Program-made: the position numbers and the translations under genes | Part shown: in pieces, positions 1-13,415 of the stretch | Layout of the letters: each line of letters opens with the position of its first letter | Position numbering within the stretch: the stretch's first letter is position 1 | Notes under the pieces: model-generated | The model's database searches: none | The model's input: only the letters and a program-made list of their open reading frames with translations | Told to the model about the DNA's origin: nothing | Assembly: GCF_006345805.1 (NCBI RefSeq) | Contig: NC_042998.1 | Coordinates: 58,218,001 to 58,282,000 of the forward strand | Direction: 5' to 3' | From: Octopus sinensis | Lineage: Eukaryota | DNA length: 64,000 nt

Positions 1-8
1 ACATAAAC

Positions 9-87
<79 letters not shown>

Positions 88-127
88 TGGTGTGGTGTGT
101 GCGTATGTGTGTGTGTGCATTGAACAT

Positions 128-170
<43 letters not shown>

Positions 171-631
171 CTCTCTCTCTCTATATATATATGTGTGTAT
201 GTGTATATTACAATATATGTGTGTGAAAGATAGAGAGAATGTATATATATCTATTGTGTAAACACATGTATGTGTACTCACACATACACCACACGCACAT
301 GCACACACGCCACACACCACAGACACATGAACACACACACATTAAAAGCACATGCACACATACACACAGACATACACACACATATACACACACATATACA
401 TACACGCTTGGACGCACGTGCATTGTGTTTTTACGTATAAGTATAATCTGAAGATGTATGAAAAACTGTCCTGTTCAGTAAAATTCTTTAAATGACAATT
501 AACCTATATCCTTTGTTAGTAAATCTATTATGGATTTCTTCTGAATTATTTTCCTCGGTTTTATTTGTTTCTGTATTTATATATTTTCCTCATTTATTTA
601 TATATTTATATTTTTTTGTATTTTATATTAG

Positions 632-703
632 GAACGAACCATCACAAAGACTTCCAAAGACGATTCCGAAGATAAAGAGAATTGCCATTTGCAATACAAA
701 AGA
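632..703 (+). CDS. Candidate 72-nt internal exon of the FERM-domain gene (ERTITKTSKDDSEDKENCHLQYKR in phase 0)
   Basis: Long T-rich tract ending TTAG at 628-631 and donor GA|GTAAGT at 704-709. Length is a multiple of 3 and the phase-0 frame is open. The ending CHLQYKR resembles the L-x-F/Y-R/K-R end of a FERM F1 lobe (recalled similarity). Linkage to the 16-kb exon is inferred. Confidence 0.45.
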
Positions 704-1099
704 GTAAGTATATTGAGAGCTCAGTATTTGACCTTAAGCTAGAGATTCTAATTAAATCCAGCGAAAATATATTGTAGCATTAACGCAACAACCATAATCT
801 TTATCCGCATTATTTCATTTTGTTCTTCCTTACTAATTTTACCGCCCCTCTCCTCTTATTTATTATTATATTTTTTTGACCTTTTTGCTCTGATTATTTT
901 CTAATTTATAAAAAACCTGGATTCAGAAACTATGTAATCTTATCAATCGCTGATGTCATGATATATAGGTTATATATTTACAAAGGCACGAACAAAATCG
1001 CCCATAAATAACTTTATACACATACGATCTCAGACGCATATAGCTCAGTTTCCAAAATACATCACACAGATGTTCTGGGATACATCATCAGTGATAGGT

Positions 1100-2295
1100 T
1101 TTGAAATCTTGGAAAGTTTGGATCTTTCGACACATCAGGTCTCTCACACAAATGTACAAACTTGTATTCCAGCAGCACAGGTCTTACCTTTTATTTATCA
1201 AAAGTCATCTTGCCCGCTTGTGGTTTCATCTGCAGTATCGGTAATGGAATGTATGCTCCTCACCTCTTTGCTGCATTAGTTGTTCGAAGGACAGTCAGAT
1301 CTTCACAAAATAAATCGAATCCGGACCCACGAAATCCTACCAGCCAACTTCCAATGCTGTATTTGTTTTTAGCAAACTTTCTTTTATAAGCCTTCTCTAC
1401 GTATTCTTCGCAGAGGGCACAATCAGTTTGGACATGACCCCCTACTTGAAGGCTTCTAAGAAGATAAATCTGCCTAGGTGAGATGTCGTTTGTATAAATA
1501 AGATGCCTTAGGAAGTTAACCTGTTTGACAAAATGCACTATCGATTACCAGTCTGGGGCTTTCCCTAAACAGGGCTTCAATCCATGTTCGAGAAACGTGA
1601 CAGCTTCTTTCCTGATGTATGTATTGCGCTGAATAGCAAGTGTTATCACCTCTGCATTGACCTGGCCATATCTCTAACGGTAGTGGTTGCTCGGTAGGAC
1701 TCAGGGGAAGCTATTGAGAGATTTTGAAGGAACGCTCATGTCGACCCACTCAGTCGAAGATTCATATTGGCAGTGTCCCACCATCCTGCTTGGACGAGCT
1801 TCCTCTACACTTTCATGGACGTTTTTTGGTTGTGTTGCTGCTCCTTTACTTTGGTATTTCCAACTGGCAGGTTGGAAAGTACCAAAGCCCGAACGCTCTA
1901 TAGCCAAGGTTCCAGCATGATCTTTCTGCTTCGTCCGTTCATACGTCAACAGCAACTCTCTAACGGCCCTTTCCTTTCTATTTATGTGAACTTCAATACT
2001 ATCAGTTTCAGCTTCTACTATCGTATTCCTGGAATCTCTACACCGCATAGCGTCTCTTGTTCGTATCGACTCTTCTGAGAGGTTGATTTTGGAGTGTCGT
2101 AGAGTGTTGGTGGATCCGTATCAAGTGGTATTGCTGAGGTTGCCTGGTAAACCCAACAACCTCCTTTAAAAATCTGCTGAGCTTCTTCCCCGGAGTTTCA
2201 ACGGTTGGCATACAAGGGCGATAAAATCTTGGGTAGGATGGCATTCTTATACATCCAGTCCTTAAAGCGACTAGTGAACTCAGATTACTCAACCC
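1100..2295 (-). mobile_element. Degenerate Penelope-like retroelement relic (RT N-terminal and GIY-YIG-like fragments)
   Basis: Minus-strand peptides PRFY..TPGKKLSRFL (like PLE RT PRFYGLPK..SPTY.LSKFL) and IYLL..GGHVQT...GSGFDLFCEDLTVLRTTNAAKR (like the GIY-YIG C-terminus). Many stops; ends approximate. Confidence 0.5.
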
Positions 2296-2313
2296 TCGTA
2301 AGCATGCACAGAC

Positions 2314-2421
<108 letters not shown>

Positions 2422-2695
2422 GGGTACACACTGGGTTCGCGATAATAGACCTCATCACGATCTGGCGATCGTGAATTAAATTCCTAGACCAGTGGTGCGC
2501 TGTATTCTGCAGCAAAACACTTCATCTCGCGTTGCTTTGCGATCATTTCAACACCTGACGCGTGGTACACAGTGCACCTGTTCGGCAAATGTGCAACACG
2601 AACATTTGATCACTATAAACAAATCATTTGTGCTGATCGTTCGGCAAAAGCTGAAAGCGCATACGTCATCTTCGATGGGTGAGTCCATCATACAT
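2422..2695 (+). mobile_element. tRNA-derived CORE-like SINE, decayed; sibling at 42560-42845
   Basis: Shares TTCCTAGACC...GCAAAACACTTCA...AAACAAATCATTTGTGCT...GTTCGGCAAAAG with 42560-42845. Confidence 0.6.
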
Positions 2696-2739
2696 AAATA
2701 CATACATACACACCTTCCTTATTTAAATCTGAAACTATA

Positions 2740-3896
2740 GATTAAAATTTATTTTTTAATTGTTATAACGTGAATATTTTATATTTAGTAGACATGCCTT
2801 TTGCATTTTTCAATGTAAGGACCCTATTAGTCGTGTTACTGATCAAATGACGAATATTCTCTTTCGGAATTTCTTGCCACGTTTCATGCAGTAGTATCAA
2901 AAGATCTAACTTTGGAAATGCTTTATTGTTCTTTTTATGATGTGTCCTGTCTATTATATTCAGAGGTGTACAATAGGGTTCATATTTGGTGACTGGCTTG
3001 GCCATGGAAGTTCATCCAAAAATCTTGGATCATTTTAGTCGTGTGACAAAGAGCTCCATCTTCCAAAAATAACGAGTCTTCCCCGCTGGAGAAGATTGGA
3101 AGGTGGCCTTTCTGTAATATAGACACATATTTATCTGAGGTCATGTTTCCCTCACACTCCACCAGCTCTGATCAGCCATTGCTGCAAATTGTTCCCCAGA
3201 CCATCAGAGAATAGCTACCATATTTCATTGTTGGCTACAATCTTTTCACATCAAATTCTTGATCACATAGTCTCCAGACCCACAGTCGACCACATTCAGA
3301 AAATACAGCAAATATGGTTTCATCAAAGAATATGACAGTGTTCCAAAATGCCAGTGGCCATTCCGCCATCTCACTGGTCCAATCTTTTCTCGGCTTGATG
3401 TTGGTTAATCGAAGAAGTGGCTTCTTTCTTGCTACTCTGCCATATTCATCAAGTTTGTGGAGATACCTGATAGCTGTTCTGGGACTGACATCAACTCGTT
3501 CTGCTATGTCAGAGGCTTTGTAACGAGGATTATCCTCCACACTTCTCTTAGCAAAGAGAAGAGTTCTGTCAGAGGGCCCTGGTTGATATGGGCGAGATCA
3601 TGTGGACTCCGACCCCTCTCTGGTAAATTGCACAATAACTCTATTAACTGTAGAAAGTAGGATCCCATGGTTTTCTACGATTTTACGCTATGCCCAACTT
3701 CAGAATGATCCACAATACGGCCTCTTTCAAATTCAGAGAGTTCCAAGGCTGTTTTGTACATCACATGATTAAACAGTCACATATAGAATCGGAAACATAA
3801 AAATGCCAATTAATGAAAAATATAAATTTTTACAAGTTAGACTAAACATAAAACGATTTTTAATGGGTGTTCTAATTACTTCTGTCATGTCTGTGT
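2740..3896 (-). mobile_element. Tc1-like DNA transposon relic (frameshifted transposase)
   Basis: Minus-strand ORFs give VARKKPLL...WNTVIFFDET, FLEDGALCHT and TWQEIPKENIRHLISNTTNRV..KNAKGMSTKY, typical of Tc1 transposases. A TIR-like end GGGTGTTCTAATTACTTCTGTCA lies near 3866-3896; the other end was not found. Confidence 0.85.
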
Positions 3897-3920
3897 ACAT
3901 ACCTATACGTACATATAAAC

Positions 3921-3953
<33 letters not shown>

Positions 3954-4746
3954 CGTGTGTGTGTAATTACACACTTGTATTCATGCTTATGTATGTGTAT
4001 GTAGTTATTTTTCTATATGTGTGTGAGCATTTATCTACATACAAACCGTAACAAAATATTTACTGCAATAAATATACAAGAAATCATTTTTTCCATGTCT
4101 TCGCACAATTTTATAACCGAATTATTAGAAATATTAACTGATTTACACTCTGAAATTCATTTAGATTATTAAAGCTCTAGGTATATTAATCCTATTCTTA
4201 CATCCCATACCTCATTCCCCCTCCTCGCTTTAATTTGTTGCAACAAATATACGATGCATAAAATGGCCAACTTTAAATTACATTTGCTACCCGAAAATTT
4301 CTCCGCTAAAATGAAACTTGATTAAGAAATCATCACACGAGACTGATTGTCCTTCGCTACCCTCAACCTATTTTCTGCTATTTATATATTTTAAATTCCC
4401 AGTCGACTTATGCGTTTCTTTCGTAAGCAAAGTCATCAAACGTACATGCATACATACATACATACATACATACATACATACATACATACATACATACATA
4501 CATACATACATACACATGTATATGTGAATCTATGTTTTTTTGTATGTGTAATATGCATGTATATAGATTTATATACGAATATGTACGTACGTACGTCTAT
4601 ATATATTTTATGCATTTAAAACTAAAGTCGTCATCTGTTTATGTGAATTATTTTTTCTCTGTCTCTGTCGGCCTATCTCACTTTCCTTCTCTCTCTCCCG
4701 ATATATATATATATATATATGTATGCATGTGTATATATATATATAC

Positions 4747-4794
<48 letters not shown>

Positions 4795-5038
4795 CATAAA
4801 AACAAAGCACGTGTGTAACAAAAGAGGCAGGCCTCATTATCGCCGAAACAGGATTATATAATATTTAATATAGAATACAACCTTAGAACATTCACAACCA
4901 GTTTTACACTCACAACCGTTTTACATTCACCCTCCGTCGAGCAGACGAGCGGTGGCTGTAAATCGGATAAAATACTATCAGATGCTACCTAGAACCTTCG
5001 AGTTCTCGCTATGTTTGCCCATGCTTATATTCTGTATA

Positions 5039-5092
<54 letters not shown>

Positions 5093-5499
5093 CTTCATTA
5101 TAACATCCCCTTATCAGTTGCGTACTGGGGTCGACCTAATCGACTGGCCCTCTCCCCAAGAACTTTGTGCCTTGTGCCTAGAGTAGAAAAGATTATATCA
5201 AACCTTTACCCTCTTATCTTAAAATATAGCGAAACAACCGTAAATTTGTCAACAGTGTCCAAAATAAGCACATGCAAACATATATCAAACAGCATAAAGA
5301 GTTACTGACAACTTGCAGTCCGTTTCGTATGACTCCCTTCAGAAGAGGTATAATCAGAAGTAGAGTAAATATTAGTAAAATTTCTTTTGTAAGTAAGCTC
5401 ATCAGATTTGCTTTCAATGACATACAAGTTTAAGTGCATTTATATACAAAACTTTTTTCTTATGCATGAACGAAGAAGTTGAGCTTATGCATATTTATG

Positions 5500-6115
5500 T
5501 ATATATACATGTGCATACACACAGATGTGATGGGCTTCAGCACAGTTTCTTATTTCTTTACTGCCCACAAAGGGCTAAACACAGAGAGGACAAACAAGAA
5601 CAGACAAAAGGGTGAAGTCGATTACATCGACTCCAGTGCGTTACTGGTACTTATTTAATCGACCCCGAAAGAATGAAAGGTAAAGTCGACCTCGGTGTAA
5701 TTTGAACTTAGAACGTAGCGGCAGACGAAATACCTATTTCTTTACTACCTACAAGGGGTTAAACATAGAGGGGACAAACAAGGACAGACAAAGGGATTAA
5801 GCCGATTATATGGACCCCAGTGCGTAACTGGTACTTATTTAATCGACCCTGAAAGGATGAAAGGCAAAGTCGACCTCGGCGGAATTTGAACTCAGAACGT
5901 AGCGGCAGACGAAATACTGCTAAGCCTTTTTCCCGGCGTGCTAACGTTTCTGCCAGCTCGCCGCCTTTCAACACAGTTTCTGTCTACTAAAGTCATTCAC
6001 ACACCATTAGTCACTAGGTATTAAAGCTGAATATATTTGCCCAAGATGCCGCATAGTTGGACGGAACTCGAAACTATGTGGTTGCAGAAGGTGTATTTAA
6101 CCACACTGCCATGCC
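5500..6115 (-). mobile_element. SINE family B copy interrupted by a dimer of SINE family A (5551-5971)
   Basis: 10-bp direct repeat CACAGTTTCT at 5541-5550 and 5972-5981 flanks two tandem A bodies. The host sequence on either side matches family B. Confidence 0.8.
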
Positions 6116-7007
6116 TTACACACACGCGCGCGCGTGTATTTATCGACGTGTGATTACGGAATGCTGAATGCAATAAGTTGTAATTTCTTAAAATTACCCT
6201 CGTGGACAGAGAAAGGAAGCGAAAATCTAGTGAGAATTTCAGGAAATTAAGAATAATTTCATAGTTCAATTAACTTATTTAGGAGGAAAAGAAAACATTA
6301 TTAGGATTTTGTTTGGAAAAGAGGGAGTCCTATTGTATGCGTTCGGTCACTGGCCACATCAGCAACGGAGATGGAAAATATACAATTTATAGGAAAAAGA
6401 ATTTAGTAGATATTTTGGCGATGAATAATTTGCATAACCAGAACTAAAGCTGCTAAGAGCAAATAACTGACAACTATTAGTGGCGTCATTTGGATAACAA
6501 TCCAACTCGGAGCTGTTCTGAAGGTTGAACACAATATATTCAGAGTCACCAACAATTATTATTAGCTTTTTTGCTTCCCTTCTCTGTTCGCGGATAATAA
6601 GAATTTACCGTGTATGGCATTCAAGACATTCCACTGGCTCTATTCAATTATTTTATGTTAGCTCATTTAGTTTTTATCATGCTAATTCCCTTTGGTCAAA
6701 ATTGTGTTAAATTGTTCATATTTCATTGCTGGTGTGGAGGCTTATTCAAGGTTGATATGACCAAACTACAGCCGAAACGCTTCCATAGCTGTCCCTCGTT
6801 CCAAAAACAAAAATCAGACGGGCCTTTATTTTTACCTATGAACTATGGTTCAAACTTGTAATAGTTCTGAATTCCTTCAACTTATCTTTCCTTTTCACTC
6901 ATACACGTTAGTAATCACCACTGGGTTTATGTTTGTCCCTCCTAACTGCGAATGGGGCATTTTAACACGTATATAATTCATCGAGCAGGGTAACCAATAC
7001 AGCTGTT

Positions 7008-7190
7008 GAGATGGCGAGCTGACAGAATCGTTAGCGCGCCGGAAAAAATGCTTAACAGCATTTCGTCCGTCTATATGTTCTGAGTTCAAATTCCACCGAG
7101 CTCGACTTTGCCTTTCATCCTTCTGAGATCGAAAAACATAATTGCATTTACATATTCGTGAACCTAGTAGCCTATCCCTTTGCGACATGT
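7008..7190 (+). mobile_element. tRNA-derived SINE family A; other copies near 29477-29660(+), 29730-29929(-), 34390-34590(+), 37370-37690(-), 41130-41320(-), 45400-45607(-), 45700-45930(-)
   Basis: Head GGCGAGCTG.CAGAATCGTTAGC, B-box-like GAGTTCAAATTCC and body GTCGACTTTGCCTTTCATCCTT recur in many copies. The body resembles the Meta-SINE domain (recall). Confidence 0.8.
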
Positions 7191-7592
7191 CTTAATAACT
7201 GACTTAAAGTTCGCATATGCGGAATCGCCTGGCGTTGATACTGCTGAATTTCTTCTGACCGGGGGGTCCAAAAGCGCAAATTCATCTAATGTATTTTACT
7301 CTTTTTTAATGAGATTTACAACTTTAAATCTGCTTAGTGTTACCTCTCTTCGGTATTTCACATTTTGAGGTAGACCTAAGAAACGCTGCGTCTAGAATCC
7401 GATAGAGGGCAACACTGAGCAGAGAAAATGCTTTTACACCTTTTGCCATACGTCAAAATTTTTCTCCAGGCTAGCTGCTACGAATTTGCCTTTAGAAGCT
7501 GAAATATGTCACAAGCATATTTTAACTAACCTAAACTTTGCTTATACGTAAAAACTGCTCGGTTGTGATACCTATGAATTAGTATATATATA

Positions 7593-7630
<38 letters not shown>

Positions 7631-7800
7631 TGTGTGTGCATGTATGGGTGTGTATGTGCGTGTGCGTGCGTATGTGTGCATGTGCATGTGCGTATGTGTG
7701 TGTGCTTCAGAACGAAGCTAACACATCATGCTGAAACATATGTATATTGAGTTCTACGCCAAGTTATTGATTTCATAACGTGTAAGCAATATACATACAC

Positions 7801-7925
<125 letters not shown>

Positions 7926-8039
7926 TATAATATATATGCATATACATATACATATATGCCAGTAGCAGTAGTAGTAGTAATAATAATTATAATAATAACA
8001 ACTCTTACAGCTCAACTGTAATTATACGATTCCTTATAA

Positions 8040-9135
8040 GAACCTTACGAAATATCCGTCAAATGTAAATAATGTAAATAATGAACCTTACTAAACTCAG
8101 CAATAACTACATAAACAATATCAAAAACTTACATAATAGAATCTCAAACCATAAGTCTAACCAAACACAGACACATTAGAATCAACCATGAGTTAAAGAA
8201 AACTTGTAATAGACAACAAATTAAACAGCTACCGCCGCACAATCCAGTTGCCACTCCAAGGACCCAGACAAACAGACCTAACCGAAAATATAAAATCATG
8301 ATGTCCTTTGATATAACCCAATCTGGAACTCCAACATCTCATCTAACATCGTGAAACAATTTTTCACAGCACTTGATTGCTGCTTCCCTAAAAACGGAGT
8401 GTACTGCAAAATATTCAACCGACACACTATAAAACTTTCCTATGCAAATTCATCAAACTTAGAACACTATATTCATAGGATTATCAACCGTAAACTAAGT
8501 CGAAGGTTAGTCAGCACTCAAAATAACCTTCTTGACATCAATCATAACTCATATGACCAACCTAAAGACAACTTTTATAACTTGAATTATACTACCAACC
8601 AAGAGAGCAATAATTACAATATCTATGATAACCATCCAACAAATAACATCAGCAACAATTCAAATAATAAACTGAGAGCATCTACAAATAGTGATAATAA
8701 AATGATAATATTGATAATCAACATACCGAAAGGAAACAAACCCTCTAGCGCCAATAAAATCAAACAGTTATGCTCATGCAGAGATAGATCCAGTTGTCCT
8801 TTGGATAACCAATGTATGACTAAGAACGTGGTATACAAGTGCACTATAGACACTAGAGGAGGACCTTAAGTATATATCGGGGCATCGGCCGATTTTTTGC
8901 AAAAACGATACCGCAACCACATCGCCAGCTTTCGAAATATCCTTAAACGACATGTAACATCGCCGGCCGATTTTAACTGGAGGCTTAAGATAGTGAAGAT
9001 AAAATACGACCTTACGCGAGTTCCTACAACACTATATCCCAGAAATGCCAGTTATGCTCCGAGTTACTCTTGATAATGTTAACAAAGGAGCACATTATAA
9101 CTAAATTAATTAAACAATTACCCAGATGCCTACAC
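8040..9135 (+). mobile_element. Penelope-like retroelement 3' relic with GIY-YIG endonuclease
   Basis: ORF 8351-8869 and its continuation read YNPIWNSNISSNIVKQFFTALDCCFP..KIFNRHTIKLSY...CSCRDRSSCPLDNQCMTKNVVYKC...VYIGASADFLQKRYRNHIASFRN. The Cys-rich linker plus VY..YIG motif is characteristic of PLE endonucleases. Contains in-frame stops. Confidence 0.8.
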
Positions 9136-10054
9136 GCAGCTAAACACACATTCATATATTACAATCCCCACCATATATAACTTGATGTATACATGACGCC
9201 CACAACTATAAATGCACCTGAACTTGAGGAGCTATATTCGAATAACTTGTATTTGATATATGATCTCGCAATCTAGATTCATATATATATATATATATGA
9301 ATATACATAAAATGTGTGTGTATGTGTGTATATGCGTATATGTGTACGTGTATGTGTGTATATGTATATATGTATATGTGTGTGTGAGCGTGTGTGTATA
9401 TGCACGTATATATATAGATATATATGTCTACATATTCATCTGTGAGCATTTACGTTTTTGTAGGTGTATGTTTGTATATTAGTGTGAATATGTATATGCA
9501 TGTATGCGGGCGTATGTTTATATGTGTATATGCATACAAACATATATATGTATGTGTGTCTATGTTTATATGCGTTTATGCACGACCACAAATATTTCGT
9601 CTAAATATTGTCTTCCTGTCAACTTCTACCCGCTTTTCTTTCTCTTAACAGTTACTACAGCGAAAGCTGATTACGGCATTTTCTCTGAACTAGAATATAT
9701 ACTTGCCACGTTTATATTTGAATTTTTTGCGCTTCAATAATTTTTCTATGATGTAACTCATTCTCGAATTTGATGGACATATAGCGGTAGGTAACCCGAG
9801 TCAAGGAATCTCTAGTGAGACACTTTACTGATGTACCTGAAGAGACACAGAACGGGTTTGAAACATTTGTTGTACCCAATAAAATCTGTTACACGTTTCA
9901 TCTCCTGTTTTATTAATAGTATTACCCCAACCGCCATTATGAAGTTCCTGCAGTAAATCTACGGTAACAACAGGTAATGGAAACTGTGCAGGTGCTTTAC
10001 TCATTATCCATTTACACATTTTGTACAATTTCTCCATTATATATATATATATAT

Positions 10055-10119
<65 letters not shown>

Positions 10120-10486
10120 AAAGAAAGATAGGGGTTATGGGGGTAACACACTATGGATATCAGTTATCCAATATAATGCTGGTGAAGCACCCAAATGCCA
10201 AATATATAAATGCTTGTAATTGCAATAACTGCATATTACCTCAATACATCTGACTAATATAGACAGAATGAGATACTTTTATCTATAGGCTGAAACAGGT
10301 GTAAAGACCATTTTATGTGTATTATTCTTTTGGTATTATCTTGCATATTGATGTATGTTGTTTTGTTCTATTTGGATGTTCCTATTTATATAGTTAATAA
10401 ATAATACGAAATGGTAATATCTGTAAGTTGATGATTGAAATGAATTTGTTCCTCCATTTTCTTATTTGCATATATATATATATATA

Positions 10487-10872
10487 AAGGCGCAAGCGTG
10501 GCTGTGTGGTAAGAAGCTTGCTTCCCAACGACATGGTTCAGGGTTCTGTCCCACTACGTGGCACCTCAGGCCGACCAAACTGCCTTGCGAGTGGATTTGG
10601 TAGACGGAAAATGAAAGAAGCTTGTCGTATATACATGTATATAAATATATGTGTGTGAGACTTTGTGTCTATATTTGTCCCCCATCATCGCTTGTGAACC
10701 GAGGTTGGTGTGTTTACGTTCCCGTAGTCTAGCGGTTCGGCAAAAAAGATCGATAAAATAAGTATAAGGCTTACAAGAAATGAACCCGGGAGTCGATTTC
10801 ATTGACTAAATTATCCTTTACAGCAGTGCTCCACCATCAGTCAAATGACTAAAACAGGTAAAAGAGTAAAAG
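10487..10872 (+). mobile_element. tRNA-derived SINE family B; other copies near 36715-37115(-), 54290-54960(+), 56215-56670(-), 59215-59645(-), 61515-61925(+), 63915-64000(-, partial)
   Basis: Head GCGTGGCTGTGTGGTAAGAAGCTTGCTTCCCAAC, internal microsatellite, body GGTGTGTTTACGT...GCGGTTCGGCAAAA and tail ATGACTAAAACAGGTAAAAGAGT are shared among copies. Confidence 0.85.
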
Positions 10873-10886
10873 AAAACACACACACG

Positions 10887-10983
<97 letters not shown>

Positions 10984-11050
10984 ATGTATGTTTACGGAGA
11001 TGTAGTGCATAGCGAGTGACTTGATCTGAGATCGTGTGCTGGAACGAAAA

Positions 11051-11251
11051 CAAATGCAGCGTGGAAGGTGTTTATAAGCCATTTAAGAAACACACAAAAG
11101 CCGTTAGATTCACTTCAACATTTAAATTGAGATGCAGCACGAAGTTTTGTCAGTGAACAGGTCGCGGTCCCAAAGCGAAAATGTTGAAGTGAATCTAACG
11201 GTTTTTGTGTGTTTCTTAAATGGCTTATAAACACCTTCCACGCTGCAATTG
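11051..11251. mobile_element. Foldback / MITE-like element with ~70-bp inverted arms
   Basis: TGCAGCGTGGAAGGTGTTTATAAGCCATTTAAGAAACACACAAAAGCCGTTAGATTCACTTCAACATTT from 11055 is inverted with one mismatch, ending at 11247. Confidence 0.8.
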
Positions 11252-11369
<118 letters not shown>

Positions 11370-11439
11370 GTGTGTGTGCGTGTGTATATATATATGCGGA
11401 TAAATCAAAACTTATATGCATTCTACTTTCTGTAATTTA

Positions 11440-12846
11440 CAAAGCAAAATCAGGAGTTGAACAATCAAATCGTTGTTTGATATCGTCTCCTTGCTTTTCC
11501 ATGCACTTCTTCGGTTGGTCCACTACCTTGCGCTTATTCTATTAGAGCATTTTTTTTTTCGGTTGGTCGCACCCTCGTTTATACACTGTTTCCAGTACTT
11601 TTTTGTCCGTAGCAAATCGACGACCTCGTAAAGGATGTTTAAAGAGTCCAAATGTATGATCTGGACTGTATGCAGGGTATTCCAACAACTTGAAATTCAA
11701 TTTTTCAATGATTTCACCGGTGTGGACAGTCGTGTAACAATAACACTTATTTGACAATAGACCTAGACGTTTAGTGCGAATCGCTGGTTCTAGTTTGTTA
11801 GCCAGCATTTCACTGTAACCAACATTGGTGACCGTAGATAACACTTCGAATTAATGGTTACAGCATAGACCATTTTGCACCCCGCCGCTAAACGGTTAGC
11901 ATCCCTTTTTCTTCGTGGAGGCCCAATGGCCCAGTGGTTAGGGCAGCGGACTCGCGGTTTCGATTCCCAGACCGGGCGTTGTGAGTGTTTATTGAGCGAA
12001 AACACCTAAAAAGCTCCACGAGGCTCCGGCAGGGGATTGTGGTGATCCCTGCTGTACTCTTTCACCACAACTTTCTCTCACTCTTACTTCCTGTTTCTGT
12101 TGTACCTGTATTTCAAGGGGCCGGCCTTGTCACTCTCTGTGTCACGCTGAATATCCCCGAGAACTACGTTAGTGTGCACGTGTCTGTGGAGTGCTCAGCC
12201 ACTGACACGTTAATTTCACGAGCAGGCTGTTCCGTTGATTCGGATCAACCGGAACCCTCATCGTCGTAACCGACGGAGTACTTCCATCCAGCATCCCTTT
12301 TTCTAAGGAATTTCTTTTTCGCTGGAGGATCTGGATGCTTCCCTCTCCGTAATCGGCTTTTGGATTTTGGCTGAATTTAAAGGGCCCAGGTCTCCTCTCT
12401 TGAGATTATTCTCTCTAAAAATGCTTTGCTTTCATCGTTGTTGTAGTGTTGATGGATCTCCAAACAATTGCACTTATGCGCTTCGGTAAGCTCATCTAGC
12501 AGTTATCTCGCACAGACTTTAAGGAAGCCAAACTTGTGAATAATTTCGTATGCAGAACCATTACTAATTTGCCGAGAACATGTCACCTCAGCGATGATCA
12601 TTCGTCGCTTTTACCAGAACCATCTTTCGAGTCTCTTGAATTTTCACGTTAGTGGGGGAAGTTGATGGTCGCCCAACCTCCTCGTCATGCTTCACGTTTG
12701 TCTGGCCATTTTTAACGGTTTCGATTCATACTTCTACGCGATAACTACAAGAGTACCACCCTTTAGCACGCAAACCGTGAAGGCAGTTTGGCCAACCTAA
12801 AGAAAGTTTTGGCAAAAGTGTAGATAACTTTCTACTTCCCCTCAGA
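11440..12846 (-). mobile_element. mariner-like transposon relic interrupted by a SINE
   Basis: Minus ORF 11542-11844 has LLEYPAYSPD and LRGRRFATDKKVLETV (mariner YSPDL region). The N-terminal part near 12660-12700 reads KHDEEVGRPST. A TIR-like TGAGGGG is on the minus strand near 12840. Confidence 0.8.
11913..12289 (+). mobile_element. tRNA-derived SINE family C with 15-bp TSD
   Basis: Head GGCCCAATGGCCCAGTGGTTAGGGC...GGTTTCGATTCCC. Identical AGCATCCCTTTTTCT at 11898-11912 and 12290-12304. Confidence 0.9.
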
Positions 12847-13415
12847 TAAACAAACATATCCAATCTCTCTCACATCTCTCTCTCTCTCTCTCTCTCTCTC
12901 ATTTGCTCTCTTTCTCTCTCTCGATAATATATATATACACCACCTTCATTATCCTTCCCATCCCCCCATCCTATCCCACATCCCTCCCCCACATACCCCA
13001 CCTCTACCACCACCCTCTGCCTACCCACAAACCCCAACTCTACCCCAAACCCCAGCCGAACCCACACCCCTCCCATGCTTTCCCCACTCTCGCCTCCCCC
13101 ACCTCCCCACAACATCGCACCACACTACACCATACAACATTACACATAACATCACAACACACCACCCACACACCCATCCCCACATATTCACACCTACACA
13201 TACACACACGCACACGTCCAGACCACCAGCCCTCTTTCACACGCACACACATACTCTCTTATACACACACGCACCTTTGTGTTGGGGGTCATCTTTACCT
13301 TGTTATCTCCCCATCTTTCCTCCTCGTGTTTTACCCTTCTGTCTGGCACTAGTCGCCATGAAAGATCGTTAGCCACTACACACATCTTTTTTCTCTCCTT
13401 GTTTTTTCTGTGTCC

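Noticed and set aside
5315-5345. Minus-strand CUGAAGG...GAAACGG
   Set aside because: A9 altered, 2-bp helix II and no NUH.
9835-9870. CTGAAGA...GAAAC hammerhead-like spacing
   Set aside because: Helix II pairs poorly, and there is no proper helix III or NUH.
11913-11975. tRNA-like heads of SINEs as tRNA genes
   Set aside because: No complete cloverleaf; they continue into SINE bodies and have TSDs.
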